DNA from: Pirellulales bacterium
GTDB taxonomy: Bacteria; Planctomycetota; Planctomycetia; Pirellulales; JAICIG01
Length of the DNA: 64,000 bases
Direction of reading: 5' to 3'
NCBI GenBank assembly: GCA_040901675.1
Contig: JBBDYJ010000035.1
Coordinates: 1-64,000, forward strand
Position 1 is the first letter of the stretch, and every line of letters begins with the position of its first letter. The position numbers were made by a program, and so were the translations under genes. Positions 11,737-24,169 of this stretch are shown in pieces. The notes beneath the pieces are model-generated. The model worked only from the letters and a program-made list of their open reading frames with translations, made no database searches and had not been told where the DNA came from.

Positions 11737-13137
11737 CTACACCGGCTTGCCGTAGGCGTGCATCCCGTGCTCGCCGATGTCGAGGCCTTCCATCTCCTCC
11801 TCGGCCGAGACGCGCAACAGCCCGATCGCTTTCAGAATGCCGAACAGCACCATCATCGTGCCGAATGCCCAACCCACGATGGCTCCCACCCCGATGAGCT
11901 GGGTCACGAAGTCCTTCCCCTCGCCGAAGATGCCCGTGGCCAGGCCGCCCCATACGCCGCACAGGCCGTGAACCGGCCAGGCGCCCACCGGATCGTCGAT
12001 CTTCAGCTTGTCCAAGCCGATGATGCCCAACACCACCAGCACGCCGGCAACGCCGCCGATCGCCATGGCGGAGTAGTTGGTCACGCAGTCGCAGTTCGCG
12101 GTGATCCCCACCAGGCCGGCCAGCATGCCGTTCAAGGCCAGCGACAGGTCGGGCTTCTTGAACAGCCCCCAGCCGAAAAGCATCGCCGCCACGGCGCCGG
12201 CGCAGGCGGCCAACGTCGTGTTGGCGGCCACCAGCATGGTCGTGTTTGTGTTGGTCGCGCCCGTGAACGTCAATTGGCTGCCGGGGTTGAAACCGTACCA
12301 GCCCACCAGCAGGATGAATACGCCCAGCGTGGCGATCGGCAGGTTGTGGCCCAGAATCGGGTGCGACTTGCCGTCGGCCGAGTACCGCCCGATCCGCGGA
12401 CCCAGCAGGATGGCGCCCGCCAGCCCGGCAAAACCGCCCACGGCGTGCACCACGATCGAGCCGGCAAAGTCGTGGAAACCCATCTCGGCCAGCCAGCCGC
12501 CGCCCCACTTCCACATGCCGCTGATCGGGTACACAAAGGCCGTAATCACCGCGCTGTAGATCAGGTATGCGGCAAACTTCAGCCGGCCGGCCACGGCCCC
12601 CGACACGATCGTGGCGGCCGTGGCGGCAAAGGCCACCTGGAACAGGAAATCGACCTGCGGCGTCAATTGCGGACTGCCGTCGCCCGACGGGGCGGCCCCC
12701 TCGAGGCTCACGCCGGTCCCCGCGAACCCGAAATACTTGCCCGCGTAATCCGCGCCGGGATACATCAGGCCGTAGCCGACCAGGTAAAACAACAGCGCGC
12801 CGACGGAAAAGTCCATCAGGTTCTTGAACAGGATGTTCACGGTGTTCTTCGACTCGTTAAAGCCGGATTCCACCATGGCGAAACCCGCCTGCATGAAAAT
12901 CACCAGCACCGCGCATAGCATCAGGAACAGGTTGTCGATCGTGTAGGCCATGTCTTCCACGGTGCGCGGCGCCGCCGGCTCGCTTGCCGCTGATTCGCTG
13001 CCCGCCGACTCACTGCCGGCCCCTTCGACGGCCGCGGTGATCGTCGGCTCCTCCGCGGTCGCGAACGAAACGACCGAGAGCGTCAGGACTCCCAACAAAC
13101 ACATCCAGGGCCGCGGGCGCCAAAAGCTTGATTCCAT
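11737..13137 (-). CDS. amtB: Ammonium transporter
   Basis: MQAGFAMVESG, FLFQVAFAATAATIVSGAVAGR, DFAGSIVVH, GWYGFNPGS, IDDPVGAWPVHG. Confidence 0.96.
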   Translation of the reverse strand: MESSFWRPRPWMCLLGVLTLSVVSFATAEEPTITAAVEGAGSESAGSESAASEPAAPRTVEDMAYTIDNLFLMLCAVLVIFMQAGFAMVESGFNESKNTVNILFKNLMDFSVGALLFYLVGYGLMYPGADYAGKYFGFAGTGVSLEGAAPSGDGSPQLTPQVDFLFQVAFAATAATIVSGAVAGRLKFAAYLIYSAVITAFVYPISGMWKWGGGWLAEMGFHDFAGSIVVHAVGGFAGLAGAILLGPRIGRYSADGKSHPILGHNLPIATLGVFILLVGWYGFNPGSQLTFTGATNTNTTMLVAANTTLAACAGAVAAMLFGWGLFKKPDLSLALNGMLAGLVGITANCDCVTNYSAMAIGGVAGVLVVLGIIGLDKLKIDDPVGAWPVHGLCGVWGGLATGIFGEGKDFVTQLIGVGAIVGWAFGTMMVLFGILKAIGLLRVSAEEEMEGLDIGEHGMHAYGKPV

Positions 13138-13250
13138 ACGCCACTCGCCTTTCAGAAGGACCAAAGAAGGATCGTCGGCGCGCACTACGGCAATACGATT
13201 GCCGCGAGGACACGGACCTCGTTGTTCGCGCGCCTTGGATGCGTGCCATT

Positions 13251-13266
13251 GGCAAGTGGTGTGCCA
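13251..13266 (-). promoter_or_regulatory. Sigma54 -24/-12 promoter of amtB
   Basis: Minus strand TGGCAC-ACCAC-TTGCC matches TGGCAC-N5-TTGC. Confidence 0.8.
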
Positions 13267-13390
13267 GAGCAGTCCGACGAGCCTCGCCCCGTCCCCGGCA
13301 CATACTCCTCAAACCCTTGCAAACCAGCAGCTTCGGCACCCTGGATTTCTCTGGCTTTTTTGCCCGCCGCTACCTCAACCTCCCCACCCC

Positions 13391-13407
13391 TGCCCGCTTA
13401 TTACGCA
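13391..13407. promoter_or_regulatory. Candidate NtrC-type enhancer site
   Basis: TGCCCGCTTATTACGCA = TGC-N11-GCA, ~130 bp upstream of the sigma54 promoter. Confidence 0.4.
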
Positions 13408-13685
13408 TGCATGAGTACCGACGCGGCACGCGAACCGAGGCCTCTCGTAGCAGGACTCGCCAGAGTTCTGGCCGTCTCCCACGCGCCGTCTTTTCTTGCC
13501 CTCTGGCTTGTGCCACTGCTTCTCGAACGCGGCATGCCGCGTTCGAGAAGCAGTGCCCGGCGCATCTCACGATCACTGGGCGACAGTCCCTACCGGCTCC
13601 TTCCCGCTGGCGAGCGGGCAACGCCGCAACTAAACTGGACTGGCAAATCGGATCGACACCAAAGACCTCGACCCATGAGAAAGCC

Positions 13686-14810
13686 ATGCACCGCCAGCAC
13701 AACCTCGTTGCCAATCCGCCCGCCGATCCAGAGGCCAGTACGCACCTTCCCCGCCGAAACTTCCTGGCCGCCGCAGCCGGCGCGGCTGCCGCGGTCGTAA
13801 CCGTCGGTTCGGACCTGGCCGGCGCCTGGGGCCGCGACTATGGCCCCAAGGCCGAGCCGGTCCGCTATCCCGACCCCGACATCGTCGTGCTCGACAAGCG
13901 TTTCGCGAAGTACAAGCTCGGCAACACGCCGATCCAGCGATTGCACACCGGCATGCTCTGGGCCGAAGGGCCGGCCTGGAATGGCGTCGGACGCTACCTG
14001 CTCTGGAGCGACATCCCCAACGACGTGCAGTTGCGCTGGCTCGACGAAGACGGCCACGTCAGCACGCTGCGCCAGCCGGCCGGCAACAGCAACGGCAACA
14101 CGTTCGATTGGCAAGGCCGCCAGATCTCCTGCGAGCACGGCAACCGCCGCGTGGTCCGCTACGAGCACAGCGGCGGCATGACCGTGCTGGCCGACAAGTT
14201 CCAGGGCAAGCCGCTCAATGCGCCCAACGACGCCGTCGTGCATCCCGACGACGGGGCGGTCTGGTTCACCGACCCGGGCTATGGCATCCTGCTCAACTAC
14301 GAAGGCAACAAGGCCGAGCTGGAGCTCAAGGAAGCCATCTACCGCATCGACGCCAAGACCGGAAAGCTCGACAAGGTCGCCGACGAGATCTTCAAGCCCA
14401 ACGGCCTGTGCTTCTCGCCCGATTACAAGTTGCTGTACGTGGCCGACACCGGCGCCTCGCACTACCCTGATGCGCCGCGGAACATCAAGGTCTGGGACGT
14501 AGTCGACGGCGTGAAGCTGACCAACGGCCGCGAGTTCGTTTCCATGGAGCTGGATGGCAAGGCAGGCTTTGCCGACGGCATCCGGGCCGACGTCGACGGC
14601 AACGTCTGGGCCAGCGCCGGCTGGGTGGGCGAGGGTTACGACGGCGTCCACGTCTTTACGCCCGGCGGCGAGCGGATCGGCCAGATCCTGCTCCCTGAAA
14701 TCTGCTCCAACGTCTGCTTCGGCGGCAAGAAGCGCAATCGCCTTTTCATGACGGGCAGCCAGTCGCTCTATGCCGTCTACGTCGAAACCCGAGGGGCCCA
14801 CATCACCTGA
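13686..14810 (+). CDS. SMP-30/gluconolactonase/LRE family protein with Tat signal
   Basis: PRRNFL twin-arginine motif; WAEGPAW, NAPND, WFTDP, PNGLCFSPD, DGIRAD. Confidence 0.92.
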   Translation: MHRQHNLVANPPADPEASTHLPRRNFLAAAAGAAAAVVTVGSDLAGAWGRDYGPKAEPVRYPDPDIVVLDKRFAKYKLGNTPIQRLHTGMLWAEGPAWNGVGRYLLWSDIPNDVQLRWLDEDGHVSTLRQPAGNSNGNTFDWQGRQISCEHGNRRVVRYEHSGGMTVLADKFQGKPLNAPNDAVVHPDDGAVWFTDPGYGILLNYEGNKAELELKEAIYRIDAKTGKLDKVADEIFKPNGLCFSPDYKLLYVADTGASHYPDAPRNIKVWDVVDGVKLTNGREFVSMELDGKAGFADGIRADVDGNVWASAGWVGEGYDGVHVFTPGGERIGQILLPEICSNVCFGGKKRNRLFMTGSQSLYAVYVETRGAHIT

Positions 14811-14845
14811 AGCCCCCCACCGCTCACTCGAGTGGACCATCATAA

Positions 14846-14906
14846 GTGGGACGGGCTTCCTTGCCCGTCTTGAGACGGCTAAGACGGCCTGGGAAGACCG
14901 TCCTAC
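14846..14906. repeat. Inverted REP doublet (family F)
   Basis: GTGGGACGGGCTTCCTTGCCCGTC ... GACGGCCTGGGAAGACCGTCCTAC. Confidence 0.65.
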
Positions 14907-15152
14907 AGAAGCTTGAAGCACAGGTTACATCCGGTTGTAACGGTTGCCGTGCAAAGACGTCGGGCCGCCACGGACCACCCCGTCGGGTGGCTAACGGCTT
15001 GCCCCGTAAGGAAGTACGCAACCTTACCGGCTCGCACCGCCGGCGGCGGCCTGCCGGCGCGGTGCGTTGACACCTCGCCGTAAGCCATTTAGAGTAAATG
15101 TTTTGCAGGTTGCCCCCGCACTTCCCCCCCGTGGCATATCGAGCGCTTCGGA

Positions 15153-16550
<1,398 letters not shown>

Positions 16551-16588
16551 TGCACCTTGTTGTGACGCACCTTGACGAGAGAACTCCG

Positions 16589-18832
16589 ATGAGCGTTCCG
16601 CTGCACCGCCTGACGTCCGCCTGCGCTGGCCGGCTGGCCATCCTGCTGCTGGCGATCTACTGGCCGTCGATCGCCTTTTGTCAGGACCCTCCGCCCGACG
16701 CCGGCGACGCGGCCGAGGCACCGGCCGCCGCGCCGTTGCCGCCGGTCGACCCTGCCGTGCGAGCCATCCTCCAGAGCGATCCGACCGATCCCGCGCAGAT
16801 CGTGCGCGTGATCACCGTCCTGGCCGACTTGGGCGCCGCCGATCAGGCGGGTCCCTTCGTCCAGCGGCTGGTCGACGCCAACCTGGACGAAGCCGCCCAG
16901 GCCCGACTGGTGGAACAGCTTGGTTCGGCCACGTTCATCAAGCTCTCCTTGTCCGGGCAGCTCCCCGCCGCTGGACGGCAATTTGCCGATAGCGCACTGG
17001 CGGCGGCCGATCGTCAGGCCCGCGATCCGGCGCGGATCGCCGCCCTGATCGAGAGACTGAAAAACCCCGATCCACGTGCCCGCCAAGCCGCCATGGCCCG
17101 CTTGCGGACCGGCCGCGATTCCTCCGTCGCCGCCCTGATCGAGGTATTGGCCGATCCGGCGCGCGCGGCCGAACATGGGCCCGTTCGCCAAGCCTTGGCC
17201 GGTCAGGGCGTTGAAGCGTTTCTGCCCCTGGTGGCGGTGATCCAGGCATCCCCGCCCGAGCTGCGCTGGCAGGCCGTCGACGTGCTGGGCCGGCTCGACC
17301 GCCCTGAAGCGACCATCTGGCTGCTGGCGCCGGCCCTGTCCCCCGAGAGCTCCGAAGCGGTCCGGTCCACCGCCGCCGCGGGAATCGTGCGGCTGATCGA
17401 AAGACTTCCTCGACCGAGCGAGGCGGCCGCCGCGCTTTACACCCGGGCATTGGCCTACCGCCGGCTCGAGCGGCCGCTTACGGTCAACGCCGCGGGGCTG
17501 ACCAGGCTCTGGCATTGGAACCACGCCCAGCGCCGGCTCGAATCGCGCGACGTGTCCCCCCGGCTCGCTTCGCTGGCCTACGCCGCCGATCTGGCCGCCA
17601 ACGCCCTGGAGCTCCAACCCGGACAGGTCGAGCTGCGGCGGCTGTTGCTCGGTGCACGGCTGGAGGCCGAAGCCTACACGGCCGGCCTGGGACAACCGCT
17701 GCCACGCGGAATCGACTCCGCCTTCGAGCGGGCCACGCGAGCAGGATCGGACGCGGTGGAAGAGCTGCTCGCGCACTCGATCGAGGCCGGCCACCCGGTC
17801 TCCGCGGCCGCGGCCGCAACCGTCTTGGGCGAGATCGGCTCGGCCGACCTGCTCGACCGGGGCGGCGCCCGTCCGGCGGCCCTTGTGCAGGCGGTCCGCC
17901 ATCCCGATCGCCGCTTGCGGTTCGCCGCTTTGGAAGCAATTCTGCGGTTGAAACCGGTGCGGCCTTATCCGGGATCGAGCTACGTCACCGACTCACTCGG
18001 CTTTTTCGCCGCGTCGTCCGGCAGGCCGCGGGCCTTGGTCGCCGACGCGCGGCCGGGCGAGCTGCAGTTTCCCTCCGGCCTGCTGGCCGAACTGGGATAC
18101 GAAGTCGAGGCGACGACCTCCGCCCGGCAGGTGCTGGCGATCGCGGCCTCGTCGCCCGATTTCGAAGTGGCCTTGATCGACATGACGCTGGCCTCGCCGA
18201 CTTCGGCTCAGTTGGTCCAGCAACTGCGGAAGGACAATCGCACGGCCCGGCTGCCAGTCGGCATCCTGGCGTCGAGCGACCAGTGGGAGCGGGCCCGCGA
18301 GCTGGTCCGCGACCTGCCTCTGGCAGACGTCTTCATCCGCCCGCAAGACACGCGCGCCATGGAGTACCAGTTGGCGGGCCTCTTCGAGGCCACCGGCGCA
18401 AGCGCCGTGCCCGCTGCCGAGCGGCAGGCGCAGGCGGCCCGGGCGCTCGAGTGGCTGGCGGAGCTGTCCGTTGCGCCCACAGGCCTTTACAACCTGCGGC
18501 GCGTCGAGGCGAGCGTGGCAACTTCCGTGTGGGCGCCGCCGCTGGCTCCGCGGGCGGCGGAGGTGCTGGCCGCCATCGGGACGCCGCTCAGCCAGAAGAC
18601 CCTGGTCGACGTGGCCAGCCAGGCGCTCCAGCCCCTGGAATCACGGCAGGCGGCCGCCCGTGCCTTTGCCGAAAGCGTGGCACGCCACGGCACGCTGCTG
18701 ACCAGCGGCGAAATCCTGCTGCAGTACGACCGCTACAACCAAAGCGAAACCCAGGATCGCCAGACGCAGTTGGTGCTGGCTTCGATCCTCGATTCAGTCG
18801 AGGCCCGCGCGGCAGCGGAACAAACGGAGTGA
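16589..18832 (+). CDS. HEAT-repeat protein with signal-like N-terminus and receiver-like domain
   Basis: Hydrophobic N-terminus; HEAT-like repeats (RARQAAMARL, LRWQAVDVLG, LRFAALEAI); C-terminal REC-like fold (ALVAD..ALIDM..PVGILA). Confidence 0.7.
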   Translation: MSVPLHRLTSACAGRLAILLLAIYWPSIAFCQDPPPDAGDAAEAPAAAPLPPVDPAVRAILQSDPTDPAQIVRVITVLADLGAADQAGPFVQRLVDANLDEAAQARLVEQLGSATFIKLSLSGQLPAAGRQFADSALAAADRQARDPARIAALIERLKNPDPRARQAAMARLRTGRDSSVAALIEVLADPARAAEHGPVRQALAGQGVEAFLPLVAVIQASPPELRWQAVDVLGRLDRPEATIWLLAPALSPESSEAVRSTAAAGIVRLIERLPRPSEAAAALYTRALAYRRLERPLTVNAAGLTRLWHWNHAQRRLESRDVSPRLASLAYAADLAANALELQPGQVELRRLLLGARLEAEAYTAGLGQPLPRGIDSAFERATRAGSDAVEELLAHSIEAGHPVSAAAAATVLGEIGSADLLDRGGARPAALVQAVRHPDRRLRFAALEAILRLKPVRPYPGSSYVTDSLGFFAASSGRPRALVADARPGELQFPSGLLAELGYEVEATTSARQVLAIAASSPDFEVALIDMTLASPTSAQLVQQLRKDNRTARLPVGILASSDQWERARELVRDLPLADVFIRPQDTRAMEYQLAGLFEATGASAVPAAERQAQAARALEWLAELSVAPTGLYNLRRVEASVATSVWAPPLAPRAAEVLAAIGTPLSQKTLVDVASQALQPLESRQAAARAFAESVARHGTLLTSGEILLQYDRYNQSETQDRQTQLVLASILDSVEARAAAEQTE

Positions 18833-18924
18833 ATCGCGACGCTTGAGTGCCGCACCGGCCCCGTGACCGGCGGAACCGGCCGCAGCCCAAGGCACGAGGG
18901 TAGACAGTCGCCGGCGCGACGCCC

Positions 18925-20004
<1,080 letters not shown>

Positions 20005-20027
20005 ACCTCGGCCGGATCGACCAACTA

Positions 20028-20915
20028 ATGATTTCCGGAATCACCATCCTCTGCTTCGCCGCCAGCTATGCCGTGGCCCTGGCCTTGGAGGTCTCGCGGC
20101 TCTTGTTCCGCAGCGGCGTTCGCGGTGCCTTGATGCTCGGCTTCGGGGCCGCCGGCTTCCTGGCCCACACCGCCTTTCTCGGCTACCGCGCCGCGGCCGT
20201 CACGCAGGCGCCCCTCTCCAGCCCCTTCGATTGGTACCTGGTGGCCGCCTGGGTGCTCGCCGGCCTGTACCTCGGCCTGACCCTCCAGTACCCGCGTACA
20301 CCGGTAGGGTTGTTCATCCTGCCCCTGGTGCTGGGGCTGATCGGCGTGGCCCGCTTCCTGGCCGACCAGCAGCCGTTTGCGCGCGGCAGCGCTTCGCAGT
20401 TCTGGGGCATGATCCACGGCGCGTTCCTGCTGTTGGGCGTCTTGGCCGTGCTGGCTGGATCCGTGGCCGGCCTGATGCTCCTGGTCCAAAGCTACCGCCT
20501 CAAGCACAAGATGGCCGGCGGCGAGCGGCTGCGGCTCCCCAGCCTGGAGAGTCTCGAGCGCGCCGGCGCCCGCTTGACCATGGCCGCCCCCTGGATGCTC
20601 GCCCTTGGGTTTCTTTCCGGCGTGATCCTCAACCAGGTCAATCATCACCGGCAGCTCGACGACGTCGTCCCCTGGAGCGACCCGGTCGTGTGGAGCTTCA
20701 CCCTCCTGCTGGCCTGGGCCACGGCGGCCGCCCTCTTCTGCGCCCTCTACAAGCCGGCCCGCCAAGGCCGCAAGGTGGCCTACCTCACGCTCACCAGCTT
20801 CCTCTTCCTGCTCTTGTGGCTGGGCATCCGCTTGTCGATTCCCAGCGAGCACGGCGTCAGTCCCGTCGTCGCCGCCCCGCTCCCCTCGGCCAGCCAGGCG
20901 GGAGGTCCGGCATGA
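20028..20915 (+). CDS. Cytochrome c assembly protein (CcsA/HemX-like)
   Basis: About 8 TM segments; RLPSLESLE and WSDP motifs; coupled to hemA. Confidence 0.8.
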   Translation: MISGITILCFAASYAVALALEVSRLLFRSGVRGALMLGFGAAGFLAHTAFLGYRAAAVTQAPLSSPFDWYLVAAWVLAGLYLGLTLQYPRTPVGLFILPLVLGLIGVARFLADQQPFARGSASQFWGMIHGAFLLLGVLAVLAGSVAGLMLLVQSYRLKHKMAGGERLRLPSLESLERAGARLTMAAPWMLALGFLSGVILNQVNHHRQLDDVVPWSDPVVWSFTLLLAWATAAALFCALYKPARQGRKVAYLTLTSFLFLLLWLGIRLSIPSEHGVSPVVAAPLPSASQAGGPA

Positions 20916-22186
20916 GGCTGCAACTGGTCGGCTGCAGCCACCGCCATTCTCCGGTGGCCGCCCGCGAACGGCTGGCCTTCGACGCCGCGCAGGCTTCCGC
21001 CGCGCTGGACGGCCTCCGCGCACGCTTTCCCGCCTCGGAGGCGGTCCTCCTCTCCACCTGCAACCGCGTCGAGGTCTACACCGCCGCCGAGGAGCCCGAC
21101 CAGGGACCCACGCATGCCCAGGTGGCCGAGTTCCTGGCCGCCTTCCACGGCTTGAAGCTCGACCAAATCTTCGACAACCTCTTCGAACGCAGCGGCGAGG
21201 ACGCCATCCGGCACCTGTTCATGGTGGCCGCCAGCCTCGACAGCATGGTGCTGGGCGAAACCCAGATCCTCGCCCAGGTCAAGCAGGCTTACGACCTGGC
21301 CCTGGCCCGCAACAGCACCGGACCCTTGACCAACCAGATCTTCCAGGCGGCCATCCGCGTGGCCAAGCGGGTGGCCAGCGAAACGTCGATCAACGAAACA
21401 CGGGTCAGCATCCCCAGCGTGGCCGTGGCTGACTTTGCCCGCCAGATCTTCGAACGCTTCGACGACAAGAAGATCCTGGTCATCGGCGCGGGCGAAATGG
21501 GCGAGGAGACCTTGCGGTATCTCTTCGACGAAGGCGCCCGCGACATCAGCATCATCAACCGCAACCTTCAAAGGGCCGCCGAGCTGGCCGGCCGCTGGCA
21601 GGGGCAGGCCCTGCCCTGGGAGCAGTTGGGACGCTCGCTGGCCGAGGCCGACGTCGTGATCAGCACCACCGGTGCTACCAGCCCGGTGGTCACGCTCGAC
21701 CAGTTCCGGCGGATCGAGGCGGCCCGCTATCAGCGCGACCTGTTCGTGCTGGACCTGGCCATCCCCCGGGATTTTGACCCCGCGATCGGCGACTGCCTCG
21801 GCGTGTATCTCTACACGATCGACGACCTGGCCGAGGCCTGCCAGCGGAACCGCCAGACCCGCGACAAGCAATTGCCGCTGGCCCGGGCCATCGTCGAGCA
21901 GGAAACCACGTGGTTCATGGCCGAGCTGAACCACCATGCCACCGGGCCCATCATCAAGCGCTTGAAGCAGGGCTGGCAGCAGCCGAAAGAGGACGAGCTG
22001 CGGCGGTTGTTCAGCCGTTTGCCGAATCTCACCGACGACGATCGCCGGCAGATCGTCCAGTCGTTCGACCGGCTGATCAATAAGCTGCTGCACCCACCCC
22101 TGGAATCATTGCGGGACGAGTCGCGGCACGGAACGCCGCACTTCCTGCTCGATGCCTTGAAACGCCTCTTCCAATTAAAGGACTGA
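20912..22186 (+). CDS. hemA: Glutamyl-tRNA reductase
   Basis: STCNRVE, SLDSMVLGETQILAQVK, IGAGEMG, DLAIPRD; ATGA overlap with upstream gene. Confidence 0.97.
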   Translation: MRLQLVGCSHRHSPVAARERLAFDAAQASAALDGLRARFPASEAVLLSTCNRVEVYTAAEEPDQGPTHAQVAEFLAAFHGLKLDQIFDNLFERSGEDAIRHLFMVAASLDSMVLGETQILAQVKQAYDLALARNSTGPLTNQIFQAAIRVAKRVASETSINETRVSIPSVAVADFARQIFERFDDKKILVIGAGEMGEETLRYLFDEGARDISIINRNLQRAAELAGRWQGQALPWEQLGRSLAEADVVISTTGATSPVVTLDQFRRIEAARYQRDLFVLDLAIPRDFDPAIGDCLGVYLYTIDDLAEACQRNRQTRDKQLPLARAIVEQETTWFMAELNHHATGPIIKRLKQGWQQPKEDELRRLFSRLPNLTDDDRRQIVQSFDRLINKLLHPPLESLRDESRHGTPHFLLDALKRLFQLKD

Positions 22187-22193
22187 CGAACCA

Positions 22194-23312
22194 CTACTCC
22201 TCGTCCCACTCCTCCTCGTCTTCCTCCTCCTCGTCGTCCCAGTCGTCTTCGTCTTCCTCCTCGTCTTCCTCTTCGTCGTCCCAGTCCTCGTCGTCATCTT
22301 CGTCGTCGACTTCCTCCCACTCCTCGTCTTCCAGGTCGTCTTCTTCCAGGTCGTCTTCCTCCTCGTCGTCTACGTCGTCTTCTTCCTCCTCGTCTTCCGG
22401 ATCGTCGTCGTCGTCGACTTCGTCGTATTCGTATTCCTCCTCGTCGGCCTGGGATCGGGCCTGCGAGACAACGGCCGCGGCACGCAGGGCCAACAGCTCC
22501 TCAGCGCTCGCCTCCGGGTTGACTACGGTCTTCACTTCGGGCTCCTCGTTCGAATCAGATGGGGTTAGTTCGTTGTCCCGCGCGAGGGCGGGGTTATGCT
22601 CGGATGCTTTGCTCATGCTCACGGCTTGCCCCTTCCGCAGCACTTGGGCTCGCGGCAGCTCGTCCAGGTGCCGCAGGCCGAATACCTGCAGAAACCGCTT
22701 CGTCGTCCCATACAAAAACGGCCGCCCCAGCTCCTCCGACCTGCCCCCAATCCGAATCAAGTCCCGCTCCATCAGTTGCCGAAGCATCTCGCCGCACTGC
22801 ACGCCGCGAATCGATTCAATGTCGGCCCGCAGCACCGGTTGCCGATAGGCCACTACGGCCAGCGTCTCCAAGGCCGGACCCGAAAGGCGGCCTTCCCAGG
22901 GAGATTGATGGAGTCGCCGCAGCCAGCCGCCGAACCCTGGCCGCGTCAGCAGTTGGAATCCCCCGGCGACCTCCTCCACCCGAAAGGCGCTTCCCTGGGC
23001 GTCGTACCAGTGGTTTAACCGGCGGATCAATGTACGCGCTTCCGTGCCGTCGGCCAAGCTGGCCAACTGCCCTATTTTTCGGCTGCTCAAAGGCTCCCGC
23101 GCCAGGAACAGCACCGCCTCGACCCGCGCCGTGCGGCCGTCGCGGCAGAACGAACCCCCGGCGCCGCCCGGCAACTGCCTCCGGGGGCGCACGCTCCGCC
23201 CCGTGCAAGGGCTGCTTCCGGCCAACTGGTTCGGCTGTGCGGCCAGCGGATGCCGGTAGCGCAGGCACACGCTCCGCAACCCCTGCGCCACACTTCCCAC
23301 GTTCGGCGGCAT
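22194..23312 (-). CDS. scpB: SMC-Scp complex subunit ScpB with long acidic tail
   Basis: VEAVLF, EVAGGFQL, LETLAVVAYRQP, IRGV, GRPFLYGTTKRFL; start uncertain. Confidence 0.92.
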   Translation of the reverse strand: MPPNVGSVAQGLRSVCLRYRHPLAAQPNQLAGSSPCTGRSVRPRRQLPGGAGGSFCRDGRTARVEAVLFLAREPLSSRKIGQLASLADGTEARTLIRRLNHWYDAQGSAFRVEEVAGGFQLLTRPGFGGWLRRLHQSPWEGRLSGPALETLAVVAYRQPVLRADIESIRGVQCGEMLRQLMERDLIRIGGRSEELGRPFLYGTTKRFLQVFGLRHLDELPRAQVLRKGQAVSMSKASEHNPALARDNELTPSDSNEEPEVKTVVNPEASAEELLALRAAAVVSQARSQADEEEYEYDEVDDDDDPEDEEEEDDVDDEEEDDLEEDDLEDEEWEEVDDEDDDEDWDDEEEDEEEDEDDWDDEEEEDEEEWDEE

Positions 23313-23420
23313 AGCCGCTCAACGTAAGCAGAGGGGGGCCTGCTGGCAAGACCTAATTCCGGCCGGGGTGGCATCTTAGCGACGGCCGCCCGGCTTCGGA
23401 AGGGGTAGCCGTTTTTGTTC

Positions 23421-23443
23421 GTAGTGACCCCATTCATGGGGTC
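23421..23443 (+). repeat. GTAG REP family B
   Basis: GTAGTGACCCCATTCATGGGGTC. Confidence 0.8.
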
Positions 23444-23471
23444 CGCTTCGATCAGCGCCAGCAGCTCGTTC

Positions 23472-24095
23472 CTAGCGCATCCGCCGCCAGCGCTCGACTT
23501 CACGCACGACCGAGATCACGGCCAGCGACGGGTCGCGGTCAGTCGCTTCGAAATGCCGCTGGGCCGGGCTCCCGTCGGCGGCCGGCATCCGGCACTGAAA
23601 GCGAAACAATTCACCCTGCTCGCCCCACGTTTCCAAGCGGTACTCGACTGCTCCCAGTTGCCGCAGCCGCTCTTGGCCGCGAGCCATCTCGGCCGGCACC
23701 CGCGGCAGCCGTCCAGATATTCCCGGTGTGGGGGCCGGCTGAGAGTACACTGTGGCCTGCAGTGTTGTATCCGGACCTTGCCGTTGCGGCGGGCCGGGGC
23801 TTGCGCCGGCCGACCAGAATTGACCGGTCGGCTGGGGCGACAGCGGCCGGACGGCGGTGATGGAAATGCCGGGGCCGCGGGCCGGTCGGGCCGCCGACCC
23901 CTTCTCGTCGGCGTTCGTAGTGACCCCATTCATGGGGTCTTGGTAGCCCTCACGCTCCGCGTGAGCAAGCTGGCGTCTCTCTGCCGGACGGAACAGTCGC
24001 GGCAGCGCCGTGCCCATCACGGCCACCAGGGGCACCGTCACCAGGCAAACGATCATCACCGTCGCACGAAAGGCCATCAGCGGCGACGATTGCAT
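23472..24095 (-). CDS. Hypothetical membrane-anchored protein containing an in-frame REP insertion
   Basis: N-terminal TM helix, low-complexity linker, C-terminal globular part (RLRQLGAVEYRLETWG..FRFQC). Confidence 0.7.
   Translation of the reverse strand: MQSSPLMAFRATVMIVCLVTVPLVAVMGTALPRLFRPAERRQLAHAEREGYQDPMNGVTTNADEKGSAARPARGPGISITAVRPLSPQPTGQFWSAGASPGPPQRQGPDTTLQATVYSQPAPTPGISGRLPRVPAEMARGQERLRQLGAVEYRLETWGEQGELFRFQCRMPAADGSPAQRHFEATDRDPSLAVISVVREVERWRRMR
23917..23965 (+). repeat. GTAG REP B and A pair inside a CDS
   Basis: GTAGTGACCCCATTCATGGGGTC-TTG-GTAGCCCTCACGCTCCGCGTGAG. Confidence 0.8.
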
Positions 24096-24113
24096 GGCAC
24101 AAACCCCCGCAAA

Positions 24114-24169
24114 GTAGCCCTCACGCTCCGCGTGAGGAAGCTGTTCGTAGTGACCCCATGGATGGGGTC
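24114..24169 (+). repeat. GTAG REP A and B pair
   Basis: Same arrangement as 4461-4513. Confidence 0.8.

Noticed and set aside
13128..13685. N-terminal extensions in the ORF track (e.g. 13128, 20231, 25066, 26280, 35077, 55439)
   Set aside because: They overlap upstream genes or promoters; downstream starts fit family N-termini and RBS/overlap patterns better
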